Shown here in pieces: positions 24,195 through 36,340 of a DNA stretch of 64,000 bases. The number at the start of each line of letters is the position of its first letter. Positions within the stretch are counted from its first letter, which is position 1. Position numbers and translations under genes: made by a program. Below the pieces are notes generated by a model. It did not search any database. It was not told the DNA's origin and saw nothing but the letters and a program-made list of their open reading frames with translations. The DNA is from Macrostomum lignano (Eukaryota): assembly GCA_002269645.1 (NCBI GenBank), contig NIVC01000409.1, forward strand, positions 154,371 to 218,370, written 5' to 3'.

Positions 24195-25727
24195 GGTCAG
24201 CCACGATTTACGGTGGCCGGATTGGCCAGGTCGGCCAGCAGTTGCGCATGTATGATCTGGGATAGGGCTTCATCATCCAGGGCTTTTTGAAGCATCTGCA
24301 AGCACTTGAAGGCAGATTGGCCAAGTTAAAATTGAGCAAGAATTGCAATTTGTCTGTCACACTCTGCCAATCACAGGGCAAGTTTGGGGTCATAACACTT
24401 TTTCAACCACTGCATCATACCATTTTAGTCAGAGGCTGAAAATTGCAATATCTACTGAAATAAGCATATAAAATCTCATTTTATTTGCATAAAATGAAGT
24501 TAATTTTTCTACAAACTTATTATTAAGCAGCACTTGTATTTGAATCAAAATGTTTCATTAATTTACTACTAGGGCCTAGCTATCTACCTTAGCATAGACC
24601 TCTAGAAAACAAACTGAAACTGACAGCAGACAATACAAACCAAATCAAAAATATTAATCAAACTAGATATTTTTATTGAGTAGGCCTAAGAGGCTATTGA
24701 TCAAATGGCTTTTCTTCTGCCTTTTATTTTTGGGCATCAATAATTTAAGTAGACCTACATATAAATAAAACTACAAATATTGATTTGATGCTAGGCTAAT
24801 TGGCACCTAGTATTCTATTGCCACACCTCTAGCAATAGCCATACCAAATTTACCAAGCTAAATTACCATTCTGTTCTACACATATCTTCAGCTTTATATT
24901 TGATTGTGACATTTGTGGTGGCCTTTGTGATCTTTGTGATTTTGTGCAATGCATTTTTCTTTTTTTACCATATAAACTGTATCTTTGTGGCAGTAACTCT
25001 GTTATTGTCTGGTTCTAAGCCCAGAATGAGAAAGGAGAAGGGCTGCATTGAATAAACATGCAATTGAATATAGTGGTTTCAGAGATACTATGTCTAAGAT
25101 ATTAAGAATACAAGTTGGAAGGGAAAAAGTTTCATGTGGGGTGTGTATTATTGGTAGTGAGTTGTGACTAAAAATTGACATTGTCCCATTGAACAGTTGA
25201 CAAAATAACCAAGCTTTGAAAGTATCCTATTGGTTGGTTAATAAAACAACCAATATGGGGAACAGGTTGACAATGTGTCTAGCTGACAGTTGACAATGGC
25301 AGTTGACGAAATGAGTAGGCCTAGGATCCTTAAAATGACGTGGCAATGGCATGGCATGAAGTGCAGTTCAAAAAAATATATCTATGGCCAAAATCAGTGT
25401 CAACTCTGTGCAATTAAAGGGAGATGGGCTTTGGGTTAGAAATGTTAGCTGCCAAGTTGAGAATACTCAAGAGTTAAGATGCAAGTTATTCCCATTGAAA
25501 AAGTAATTTAATTAATGATTCTGCAGTATAGCCAACCCAGCTTCCTAGACCTAGTGTCACTATGAGCAGAATGACATTATTTGTGTACATAAGATACTCA
25601 AGCTCCACTTCATAAGCTTAAGTTGCCAAGTTGATAGGCCCTTTGGTTGAATAAAAAAATACAATTATTTTAGTGCCTACAATTTGTGGTCATTTTTTCA
25701 TGAAAAGTTAGTTTATATGATATATTA

Positions 25728-26478
25728 GGCAGTGCTTATTCCCATGGTACTGTAGAAATAATTTCTGTCCTATTCCAAGGGTACCGTGGGGATAATTTTC
25801 TACTTATCTGCATGGCACACTGACAAGATAGCTGCCCCATCTTCTACATATGCCGTGGGGATACTTTTATGCTTATCCGCACGGCACACTGACGAGATAG
25901 CTGCCCTATATTCTTCATATGTGGTGGGAATCATTTAGTTTAGTACTTACGGTTTAATTGCAGTAAAACAACATAACTTTGCTTGGCCATTAGTTTTATA
26001 GAAGTAAAGATTTAATTGCCTTTTTATGCAAAAAACACTTTTTTGTATTTATGACATTATGATTTAAAGTAAATTGCTCTAGTGTTTATAATTTGAATTT
26101 TTAGCAAAATATAATCCCGAGATTGATCTGCCGAAAAGTGCATTGCCGCTTCTGTTGTAGACTTCTACTAGACATGTAAATTAGCAATTTGTTTGTATAG
26201 ATTATTGCATTGCTTCAACAATTCGCCCTATCTCGTCAGTGTGCCGTGCGGATAAGCAGAAAATTATTCCCACGGCATATGTAGAAGATGGGGCAGCTAT
26301 CTCGTCAGTGTGCCGTGTGGATAGGCCTAAGCAGAAAATTATTCCCACGGCATATGTAGAAGAAGATGGGGCAGCTATCTCGTCAGTGTGCCGTGCGGAT
26401 AAGCAGAAAATTATTCCCACGGTACCGTTGGAATAAGACAGAAATTATTCCTACGGTACCGTGGGGATAAGCACTGCC
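25728..26478. mobile_element. Fold-back / MITE-like element with long modular inverted arms
   Basis: Left arm 25728-25935 is the reverse complement of right arm 26225-26478. The arms contain about 65-bp internal repeats (GCTTATCCGCACGGCACACTGACGAGATAGCTGCCCCATC). Confidence 0.85.
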
Positions 26479-27753
26479 GATATATTAATTGTATATATAT
26501 ATACAATTACTTCTACACTACTTCTACACAGTAATTTTTTGCTAGGTTGAACATGCTACGGCTGATTGATGACTCACTATCAATAGGCGAAGTTTCAGAA
26601 GCAGCCCACTGGTCCATCAGTTACTCGGACGATTTTTACAAGAAATGGAATGACTATGCAAGAGTATAAAGGTCAGTATCTTACAGTGAAATTAGGGTAA
26701 AAAACTTTATTTAATAATAAAAATAGTGTTATGAACATTTAAAGAATTTAATTTTTTAGAATGTTAGGAGCATTTGTTTGTATGTGCTACGAAAAAACGG
26801 GCCCTACAAAGTCTGACATTTGAATTCCACGGTTTACGCTTCTTTAAAACCAGCAATTACCTGTTTGTTGGTTATAGTGCTGGACTTACAGAAAAAAAAC
26901 GCAGAAGAGACATTACTGTAAAATGTCTCTTATCGATATAATTCTTCAGACGCACTACTTAACTTAAAAGTGATGCTTAACTTGTAACTAATGCGTTTGC
27001 AGATGTTCATCAACTAAATCCTGCAATTAATTGGCAGAACTTTATGACTAACAGTTCCTGATTTAGTAACAAAAATAAAAAACACTTACTCTAAACTGCC
27101 GCCTGAAGCAAATCTCGCTAAAATTTCATTCAAAAACAAAAATTATCGATCGTAACCCCCGTACATGTATATGGCCCTATAGCATCATCGAAAACTGAAA
27201 GCATCAAGAACCGAACATACTTATGTCATTGTTAATATGATGGGCTAAATCTAAATCTAATAAGATTAGATACATGCAAGGACCACTTTAGTATAACAGG
27301 CCCGTAAGAATTCTTAAATGTCAGAGTATCTTACTCTAAGTAATTTAATTAGATCGGCCAATGTTTTTTAAAACCATGAAGCTTTCACTACACAAACTTG
27401 TAATATAACTACAGCTAGCAGAGTAACAGATTTTCATGCCAAATTTATAGGATCACTTCACTGGCCCCAAATCAACTGCAATAATTGATATTGTGACTAC
27501 AAACGAATTTTTATTATCTCTGCGGTGTAATTTTCAGGAAATTGGCCACTAAAAATACCCACAAGATCTTTGAGTTTTTCGTCGTCAGCTGTTACTGTTA
27601 CTATAATGCGTGTAGATAGTATATACAATTGGTCCTTGATCTGCATACATGTAGCTGGCACCCAGCTTACAAAGTATAACAATTTGTTCAGTTCCTTTTG
27701 CGCAATGGGAAGGACCCACCCATGCAATCTTCTAAATATACTAAATCTCTAAG

Positions 27754-28692
27754 GTTTGTATGTTTGTTGTTATTAAACGGGGTGGGTAGCCCAGGGGCTC
27801 CCGCGGATCTGCAGCCCAGGGAAGGGCTCGATCTGCCGCTGTGATGGGGCACAATCTACCAGGGGCATATAGCCCGAGCAGCCCAATTGGGATATTTTCC
27901 ACTACTAACCCAAGCCTTATTGACTTAAACACCGCCAACCCAACTTGTGGAATCAGGGACGGTGCTAGGACCGAGTCCACCCAAGCCACCCCAGCAGACA
28001 AATCCCGAGAGTGCGCGAAAAAAGTTTGGAATATTCCAGAAATGCTACTGCAGAGAGCGGTCCGGGCCGAGCGGGGAGACCCCCGAAGTCTACGGAAACG
28101 AACAATTTTGGAGCGAGTCTGGGCAGCTTATTTACCAAGGGTGAGGCTCCTATCAGGAGTAGATCGATATTCGCAAAACGTCCTATAGGGCTGCGAGCCT
28201 CAAGGCTTTTTCACTGACCCAGCTCAAAACAATAATTGGGTATAGATCGAGGGCCAGGCCAGAGGGCGGAGAGGGGCACAAGGAGCAATAAGAAACCGGA
28301 CTCAGCCGGTTTTCCCCGATTTGGGACGAACTTTCTTCCCAGGACTCCAATCCACTGTCAGAGATGAGGGCCAAGACACAATAAGCAGGGAACTTCCAGA
28401 GGAGCCAGCAGATGGACGGACCAAGGCAAAGCAGGATGGACCGGGCAGGGAGGGCAGAGCTCATAACTCCAAAGATTGGAAGGCACTGCCAGGCCTTAGA
28501 TAAAAGCGGGGAGATAAAAACAAATGGGAGGAGCACCTGAACCCTAACCCGGGGCTCAGCCTCAGGGCTGGCATCAACTGGGCTCTACCGTACACTTTTG
28601 TGAATTGTCGTCTTTCCTGCAGGGCGGGTGCGACCGGGAGGCTCAATTGTCCCGTTCTAGCCACACTGCAGTCCAGATCTCCAACTCACTCC
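27754..28692 (-). mobile_element. About 0.94-kb GC-rich dispersed repeat, copy A (non-autonomous retroelement-like)
   Basis: Extensive colinear identity with 40394-41961. The minus-strand 3' end has a stem-loop and an (AAT/AAC)-rich tail. No recognisable ORF; orientation uncertain. Confidence 0.7.
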
Positions 28693-29420
28693 AGGTCACC
28701 CCCCCCCCCCCTAACCCAAGGCCGATGCATGGCCAAACAATTGGAAAGAAAAAGTTGGGCTATATTTAGATGAGCACATCACCTCCGGTGAGGACTCTAA
28801 TTGGATTGGGCTAGCGAGGCAGCCAGGGTAAAAACAGTCAGAGACCGTCTACGGTCTGTATTGTTGCTTGCTAGCTTGCTTGTCCATAACGCTCTAGTCA
28901 ATTACTATACTTCTACCATCTTGCGCAACCACAATTTTGATGCGACCAATGCAATTGGAAGTTACATATCTTGGTAAAGTCAATTGTTGTAATTTCATTA
29001 TATCCTCAGCCTCACATGTGACGTCATTTCGCAAAATTTTGCTACTACAAATTACTTAGTAGATTTAAAATCGTTTTAAACGGAAAAGCTAAAGAAACAG
29101 AGAAACAAACGACACTACATGCACGAGAGTAACGTGTAAGTTTATTGCAATTTAAAAGATGGACAACAGGATTTTACTTAACTTGCAATATTCAACACAG
29201 CTGACATAAGTTTATTGTGCGGAAAATATTAATGAAAAAATTTGGAAGGCAGATCTCGATTAAAGCCAAAACTTTAGGTTAACTTTAGATAAGGTGAAAA
29301 AAATCAAGATGCATCGGAAATGTTTCAAGTATTCTGACGTTTAGCCAATGTAACGTTACTTTCTGAATCTCATCAGGCTTTTACTTTTGTGCATTTGTGA
29401 CACGGAATTAAATTGCTTTT

Positions 29421-30691
29421 CTAAGGCAGCGCAGAGGCGGTGAAGCCGAGAACCTCAACTTCGCACAGGCTGACGTAAGTGTTCAGCCGATTGATGAGGC
29501 GAACCCGACTGCCGTAGCCGAGGCAGCTGACCGTCTTGATGGAGAAGCTCTGAGCTACGTCCACTTTGGCGCACTCGACATCGTCAACCAGCAGGGTGAA
29601 GCTGTTGAGCCTCTCAGCGCAGCAGTCCTGCCTGTTGAAGATGCGGACTGCCGTGATGCGGAACTGCTGAGCGAGGTCGGCCTGCCACCACTGGAAGTCG
29701 CCTCCGTTGGTGTGGGTGCAGGAGCCTCCGTAAAAGTTTTGATTCTTGTTACCATCGATCGCTAGACCGCAGAAATATTGTCCAAGAGTGGAGATCTGGC
29801 TGCAGTTTCGAATGGTCAGAACGGATTCCGCTGGCGCTGCAAAAGTCAATAAACTCTCAAATTTAGAAATAATTGTAGAACTGCATTAATGAGTGCCCTG
29901 ATTGGCAGTAAAATATGGAATATTTTTCAGTCAATAATCCTGTCACACAGCCTTTCAGCCTGTTTAGAGGCAATGATGTACAACTTGCAAGCGATGGAAA
30001 TAAAGAAGTCTGGTTATTCTTCCCGCAGCAGTTAATCTGCAAATCCAGTAGTCCCCACGCCTAGTGATGTGTTACACTTTTATAAGTATGGTATGATAAG
30101 TACGAGCTAAGTGTGGGTGCAGGAGCCTTCGTGAAAGTTCTGATCCGTGTTACCATCGATTGCTAGACCGCAGACTGCGCTCTGGTAAGTAGAAATCTGA
30201 CTGCAGTTTCGAACAGTCAAAAAGGCTTCTGTTAGCTTTAAAGCTACCAAAGCGAAGGGCAGACATTGAAATAACAGTTTTGAATCTCAGCATTTATAAC
30301 CTAAAATTCCTCCTTAACATTATTTATGTCATTGAATTCATTCAGTGTGAAACTCACAGTCGAAATACTTCGTGAAGACGTCGACCGGCTTGTCGCTCGG
30401 CTGCCACAGCGACTTGCTGAAGAACGCAGCGATGCTGAACAGCTGGCACGACAGACTCGCCTCTTGCCAGTAGAATCCGAAGCAGACACCGGACTGGGCT
30501 CTGCACTGCAGAGAGCACTGCAGCTCGCCGACAACTTCTAGCACGGACTTGAAGGACTGCGGCACCGTCAGGCTGTGGGGCTCGGCTAAAGAGAACAGCT
30601 TCTGGTTGGCGCAGCTGCCAGGGTCATTGCCTGCGACTGTCGAGCAGGTTGTCGCCAACAGAGCAAATGCCAGTTGAAGGAGATGTTGCAT
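29421..30691 (-). CDS. Secreted PAN/apple + F-type lectin (FTP) protein, copy 1; join(complement 30358..30691, 29421..29836)
   Basis: Signal peptide; PAN core CSLQC..CFGFYW..CQL; phase-1 intron GACT|GTGAGT ... TTTTGCAG|CG. The FTP exon has AIDGN and an intact fucose-binding motif HX26RXDX4R. Confidence 0.88.
30107..30243 (-). pseudogene. Truncated F-type lectin half-exon inside the intron of copy 1
   Basis: LTEAFLTVRNCSQIST..AIDGNTDQNFHEGSCTHT then TAG. The acceptor equivalent to that of copy 3 is mutated (CAG to TAA). Confidence 0.8.
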
Positions 30692-31399
30692 TTTTTTGTT
30701 TTGGTTAGGGTATTAACGGCCTGAAGCTCTAGCTTAACCTCCCAGATGAAAACAAGGCATGGGTTTAGTCTGCTGCTTTAGCAGTTTATAATAAATTTGA
30801 GTGGATACGATGCAAAATATCCCTTCCCCCCCCCCAGATAATGCAATATTTTGCAATGCACATCTGCGCTTATTTTGAGGGATTTAAGGATATTGGGATA
30901 ATTCTCGTTGCCATGCAGTTAATGGGGGAACAGTGAGATATGAGGGTATTGCTTTGGGCTGCGCCGCATAGCTACGTAATGATGGGCAGCAGAGGCTGTA
31001 AAAGTTGCGATCCTTTTCCCCTAAGGCAGCTCACAATCTCTCAACGGAGCAGCTCTCAGGACAATTGCAAAGGTTTGCTTCCAAAAAGACAGGCCAGAAT
31101 TAGTGTTAGAAAATTCACTCATCATATTACATTGTATAAATAGTCCACTGTCACGCATTTTTATGGCTTTGGATGCGATTAAGTCGACTTGGATATTTGC
31201 TGTAGGCTCTGGGTTGATTACCATTCTTCCAATCCTTTCGACTGAGGCAGCTGTCAGGAGCGGCCAGGGGGAAGGCATGAGCGGGGCCGCAGCCCCCACC
31301 CCCATTTGATTGTCAGATGTCGTGTCGGCAGAAGCTCCCGCCTCCGCCGCGGCAGCTTTACGCGTCTCGCCCGGCCTCCTCACTGCCACTTTGAGGGTC

Positions 31400-33010
31400 G
31401 GCTTCGTATGAGCGGATGCGCAGCTTCCAAAGGCCGGCGTTTGATGAAGCTGTCGTGTGGATAACGCCGCATCAAGGCGTCCGACAGGTATCGAATGGAT
31501 GTGAAGCCTGTGACGTCGGTGCGCTTTAGGATGGCATATACCATTAGGCCCGCGGCAGGGACCTCTCGGTTGACTGCAAGCAGCCCTTCGGGACCTCGTC
31601 AGCAGAGGTAACGACGCTCCTGGCTGGAACCCTGATTCTGTGCCTTTCGGTCCGGGGGCGTTTGTCCTCTCTTCAGAAGGCTAGATTGAGGTCCCAGCTC
31701 TGCTGTGAAGCCAGAAGCTCAAGGAGTCAGCATCACCGGGCCACATCCCTAGTCGCATTCGAGGGAATTTTCATAGGCCTGCCCTTTAGATTAAGCTTCC
31801 ACAATGGGCCATCAACAGTGCGACTTAACTGCTTCAGCTGATCGGGGGACAGGCGCACATCCTTCCCCAGGATGGCAACCGTCGGTTGCCTCTGGGCCGC
31901 AACAGAGTAGGAGGCCCAGGGTTCGGTGGAGCCTTGATCAGGTGGGCTGTCCATCCTCCCGGCTGCATCAGCCTCCCTATCCTGGGCAGGAGACTTCAGT
32001 GGTCTCAGGGCCCTTCTTCCGTCGCTGCCCCTACCGCCGAAATTGGAAATCTTCCCCTGTCACGAGGCGTTAGCCCCTGGCGCTGTTTAAGCTTCCACCC
32101 TCCTTGGCCCGCCTCCTTGTTAAGCCGGCGGCGGGCAGCTCCAGAGGTGATGCTTAGTTGCTTGGTAGTGTTGCATAGGGAAAGAGACAATGAAGTTATC
32201 GCGGATCAAGCCGCATCTTATTTTTTCTGCTTATTTGTTTCTTTAGGCTCACTTTTCGCATATATAAACTAAAGCGTTGGTAGGGGGAGAGCCATAAACA
32301 GAGAAGTTAGCGCAAAAGTACAAGTACGCAGCAGGTAGCTGGAGTGGCAGGTGTTTTCTCGGAGGCACCGCTCAGAGTTCTTCTCGGCGTCCCCGATGGT
32401 AGCAGATGGTATGGCCACGTAGTCCAGGGCCCCGGCCGATGCCCGGAGGCAGTGTGTCATCCACAGCCGGCAGGTTACTTTGACTAGAAGCCATTAGCAG
32501 GAAGTAAAAGGTGGGACTTCCTGCAGAACACAGGCAAAGAGCCGCTAGGCCGCAACCCCAAACCAAGTGGCAGGTCCGCAAAATAGAAGAATACCACCCT
32601 GTGAGGGGACCCAAAAGCCCAGGGGGGACCGTTTGCGACCAGACTACTCCCTGGCCAAGCGTCCATTAGCACGGAGTTACACTGGGACCTTGGAGGGTGC
32701 GTTTTCATGGTCAAACCAGGACCTCGGCACGAACGAATCAGCTTGGCAAGGCCCCATGAGGCCTGTCTTAACACCCACATGACGAGTACCTTCAGAGTGC
32801 AAGGTGAAAGGCAGGAGACGGACTCTTGAGCTATCAGCCCGCCAGAGAAGGCAGGAGTGAGCATCGCTAGCTGAAAAAGAGGCCATACCAGACTCACACT
32901 GCACAGATAGTTTACCACGAAATTTTGTGCAGGACCCAGGGTCATAAGGGCAACATCCTAGGGCAACTAATACGTGAGCATGGTAGCTATCCATTGAGTG
33001 CAACTAAGTA
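31400..33010 (-). mobile_element. Degraded GC-rich insertion, probably a non-LTR retrotransposon remnant
   Basis: Present upstream of lectin copy 1 but not copy 2. Broken ORFs; weak LINE RT-thumb-like text (AGLWKLRIRSY). Confidence 0.35.
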
Positions 33011-33824
33011 TCGGAAATATAATAATTAACTTTTTCACTTTGCAAATCTGAAATTTTTCCTCTCGCAAGCTCACGCTAAGTAAATTTTGTAAGATGACGA
33101 CGCGCGCTTCATTATTAGTCATGTATCTCTATCCGTTATGATGCAACCCGGTCGTGGGACTAGTTCAGGATCTAGGATGGAATACCAGGGTAGAAGAAAA
33201 GCTACTTCCCTCAGTTGATTTTGGGTAGCTTGAGTTGTGATTGAGAGTCCGAGGTTCCTCGAATTAAACTAGCAGCTCCGGAGTGTTTTATATTATAGTA
33301 CTCGTAGGTACTCGCCAGAGGCGTGGACGCCACCAGCTACACCTGGAAAATTTCATTAATGAAAGCAGACTCCCAGCCTACTACGGCAACGAATTGGGAG
33401 CCATGCCTATAGTTTAGCCCTGGTTGATATTGATACAAGGGACTCTGTGCAAGCTGCCGCTCAAGTAGCCTAGACGAATGCCAAAACCAGGATTTTAGAG
33501 CAGGGGATCCAGTTGACCAAGAGTATCCACAGGGTTTCGCTATTCCCCAATTCCCCAGGGTTCGTGCTCTGAGATAAGAGACAGCGCTAAAACTGAGATT
33601 TCTCCCTCAACTATGGGCTTGCATGCGCTATTGATAGATGCCCGTCTATTTCGGAACTATTTGTACCTTAGACATACAGTATTGGTGTTAAATTGGCTAT
33701 AACTGTAAACTATTTTAACCTCAGTTTCTCCTCTACATCTGCATCACAGAACTTCACTCTCGCAGCATGTGCCTGGACATAATTCAACTAACAACTAGAA
33801 GTAATGGCCAAATAGTTTGATTCC

Positions 33825-34474
33825 TGTAGTAAATAGTAGAATTTGCGTCTGTTTTTTCAGGGTATTTATTGACGAGACTGGATGGTGTATGTTTGGGAAT
33901 ACAGGAGCTGAAAGTACCCGAAAATCAAATCATTTCAAATACCTTAACCAGGCCTCGTCCAGGGTGTGGGTGCGGAAACGAGCACGGGTCCAGGAGAGCA
34001 ACCATACGTGTGTAAGTGTAGATCTGAGCGTGTCAAAAAGGAGCCGCACGCGACGTCCAGGGGTCATAAGTGGCGGGAGAAACGAGCTTCTTAAATAGCG
34101 CTGTAATCGCGTACGATACGCGTGACTCGTGATGCACTGGACCTTGAAATGCCCTTGACCAGCGTCGCCAAGCAACGAGCTGACGTCACCTACCCAGCTG
34201 TACAGTGATTGGCTACTAAAATGGGCTTGGTGCGGTGCGCAGCTTAGGAGAGGGTGGGAGAAAGTGAGACATCACGTGACTTGGGAGAAACAGCTGAGAG
34301 GGAGTTCGTTCGGTGCGTTCCAATTCAGTGATTCCGAAAAAAGCGGAGTTTGAGGTGGAAGGGAGGAAGTAGGTTAGGCAAGGGATGAGTCATCCGATGA
34401 GTCATCGGGGAAAGGGCCCGGATATCTAGGGGTTGAGATTGTGTTCGGCGCACCTGAGGAATGCATGTAATACA
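33825..34474 (-). mobile_element. LTR-like segment (about 650 bp)
   Basis: TGTA...TACA inverted termini, with minus-strand TATTTAAG and AATAAA in LTR order. No TSD or PBS found. Confidence 0.42.
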
Positions 34475-36340
34475 TTAGAATTTTAAGTGTAGATTGGCTG
34501 GCCAATCGCTGTTAGCGGGGCCGGGGGTGCTTGCCACCGCCCTTGTGTTTGCCGGGACTTGGGCGACTTGGGTGTCAGAAGAGGCCTTTTTAGCCTCGCC
34601 TTGTTTCGCTTCATTTGCGCGAGCGTGTTTTTTCTGACTTAGCCCTTTACTCTCAATCACAATTTCTAGTTTCCTTTCGCTTTCGATTATATTTTACATT
34701 ATCAAATGTTTACATTTGCAAATATACTCGCGTTTCGTATGTTGTTCATACAGGGCGGTAGGATGTTTTTTCGTGCTCTGCAATTGTTGTCTCCTCTGCT
34801 CTATCCCTCCGGCCGTTCCGCTAATGGGAGCCTGACCGCTGTAACATCAGTTATTAATACCGGGATTTCAGGGTTCTTGATACATGTAGTTAGTGAAAAA
34901 ACACTTTGTTGTTACTAATTGCTCATATCATTATTACTGTTGCTGACAGCAATAACAGGCGCGATGAATTGTCATCAGGAATCGATCAACTTAGGATTAC
35001 ATTTCAATGCTTGATATCATATCCTAGTGAAGCCTATTTTTGAGGCTCCAAATGTTTTGAGAAGACCAGTCGCTTTTGACTTGCATGCATCTTGAAAAGT
35101 ATCAAAGCGTATTTCATGGAAAATTTTGTGTAAAAATAGTAGTTTTAGCGTCTATTACAAATACATTAATAATTAGCCAGACTTACATTTAAATAATGTG
35201 AAGCTACGTGTAAAAATTAGTAGCTATTGTGCTATACAATCTGACCTTGACAGATTTTATCTGCTTGGAAATCTTGGCCTCATATTTTAGACTCGGGGCA
35301 AAGCCTTCCGATCCAGATACTAGCTATGAGAAGTCCATGTCCAAAACACTCCATCATTTCCGGCTTGCAAACCAAACCGAATTACAACCATTGAAAAAAA
35401 CATCAAACGTTTTGTAGTCAATGGAGATAATACATAAACATATAGCATCAAGCATCGTGATTTGACATACGTGATTTTTAAATTTGAAAAAAGTTAAAAA
35501 TCTTTAAAGCCCAAACATGAAATGGCAGTGAATCTGTTATCAGGACCTAATTGATTATAAATTAAAAGTGCAAAGATCAAAGCTACAGTTGGCAAGCATC
35601 GGCGGACGGACAGCTATGCCTACATCCAAGTTTTGCTGCGTTTCCGCCACTGTGCTATTGGTTGATGGAGTAATCAACGAAGCGACCTTCCGAACGGTTC
35701 GATGGTGTACTCAAAGAACTATACGGTTTAAGGTCGTTTACAACTGCCAGGATTACGTCATCCAGCATGTCACGTTGACGACTGGTGCTGACAGCAGTCG
35801 TGACCTTCAAGCTCACTGCTCTTATGTCTTTGGCGAAAGGTAATGACGCACGGTTGCTGGACCGCTCCCTTTGCTGTAAAGCAACGACCGTAATCTCGTC
35901 CATGCTGAGACCAAGGTCACGCATGTGCGATGGTTTGTGAATCGCTTCGAAAGCAAACACGCTTCACTGAGATCAACTATGAACAAGCAAAACCAGTTGA
36001 CGCCACGTAATTGACGGCTAGAAAAGCTTAGTAACTCCCTTGGCTGCATTAGCAAAAAGTCACAAAAAATAAGCAACGCTAGCAACAAAGTTTTATTGCA
36101 GTTTATAAAATGGTGGATTGGTGTTTTGACTTAGAATGTAAAGTCATCACCATTGACTCCACGCTCACCGTTCAGCACAACAAAGATTAAAGCAAACAAC
36201 TCAAAAAAGTCAAGATGCTTGGAAAAGTTTTAGTTATATTCAGACGTTAAACACGTGTCACGTTACTTTCGGAATTTCGTTCTAAATTGCTTTAAATTGT
36301 GCGTATTTGTGACATGAAAGAAGCTCCTTAAGTCGGTCTT

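Larger units (their letters stand above)
18108..24536 (-). mobile_element. Mariner (Tc1/mariner) element, decayed and split into three pieces by two insertions
   Basis: TA-flanked imperfect TIRs at 18108 (CAGGGCTGCTTAATAAGTTTGTGGAAA) and 24536. Transposase pieces in order: LGQSAFKCLQMLQKALDDEALS (about 24.3 kb), HDHLGTRKVSVHWVPH..GDET (about 22.2 kb), VYFYDPETK..GKVM..W.HRMQECINLSGNYVEK (18.15-18.59 kb). Confidence 0.88.
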
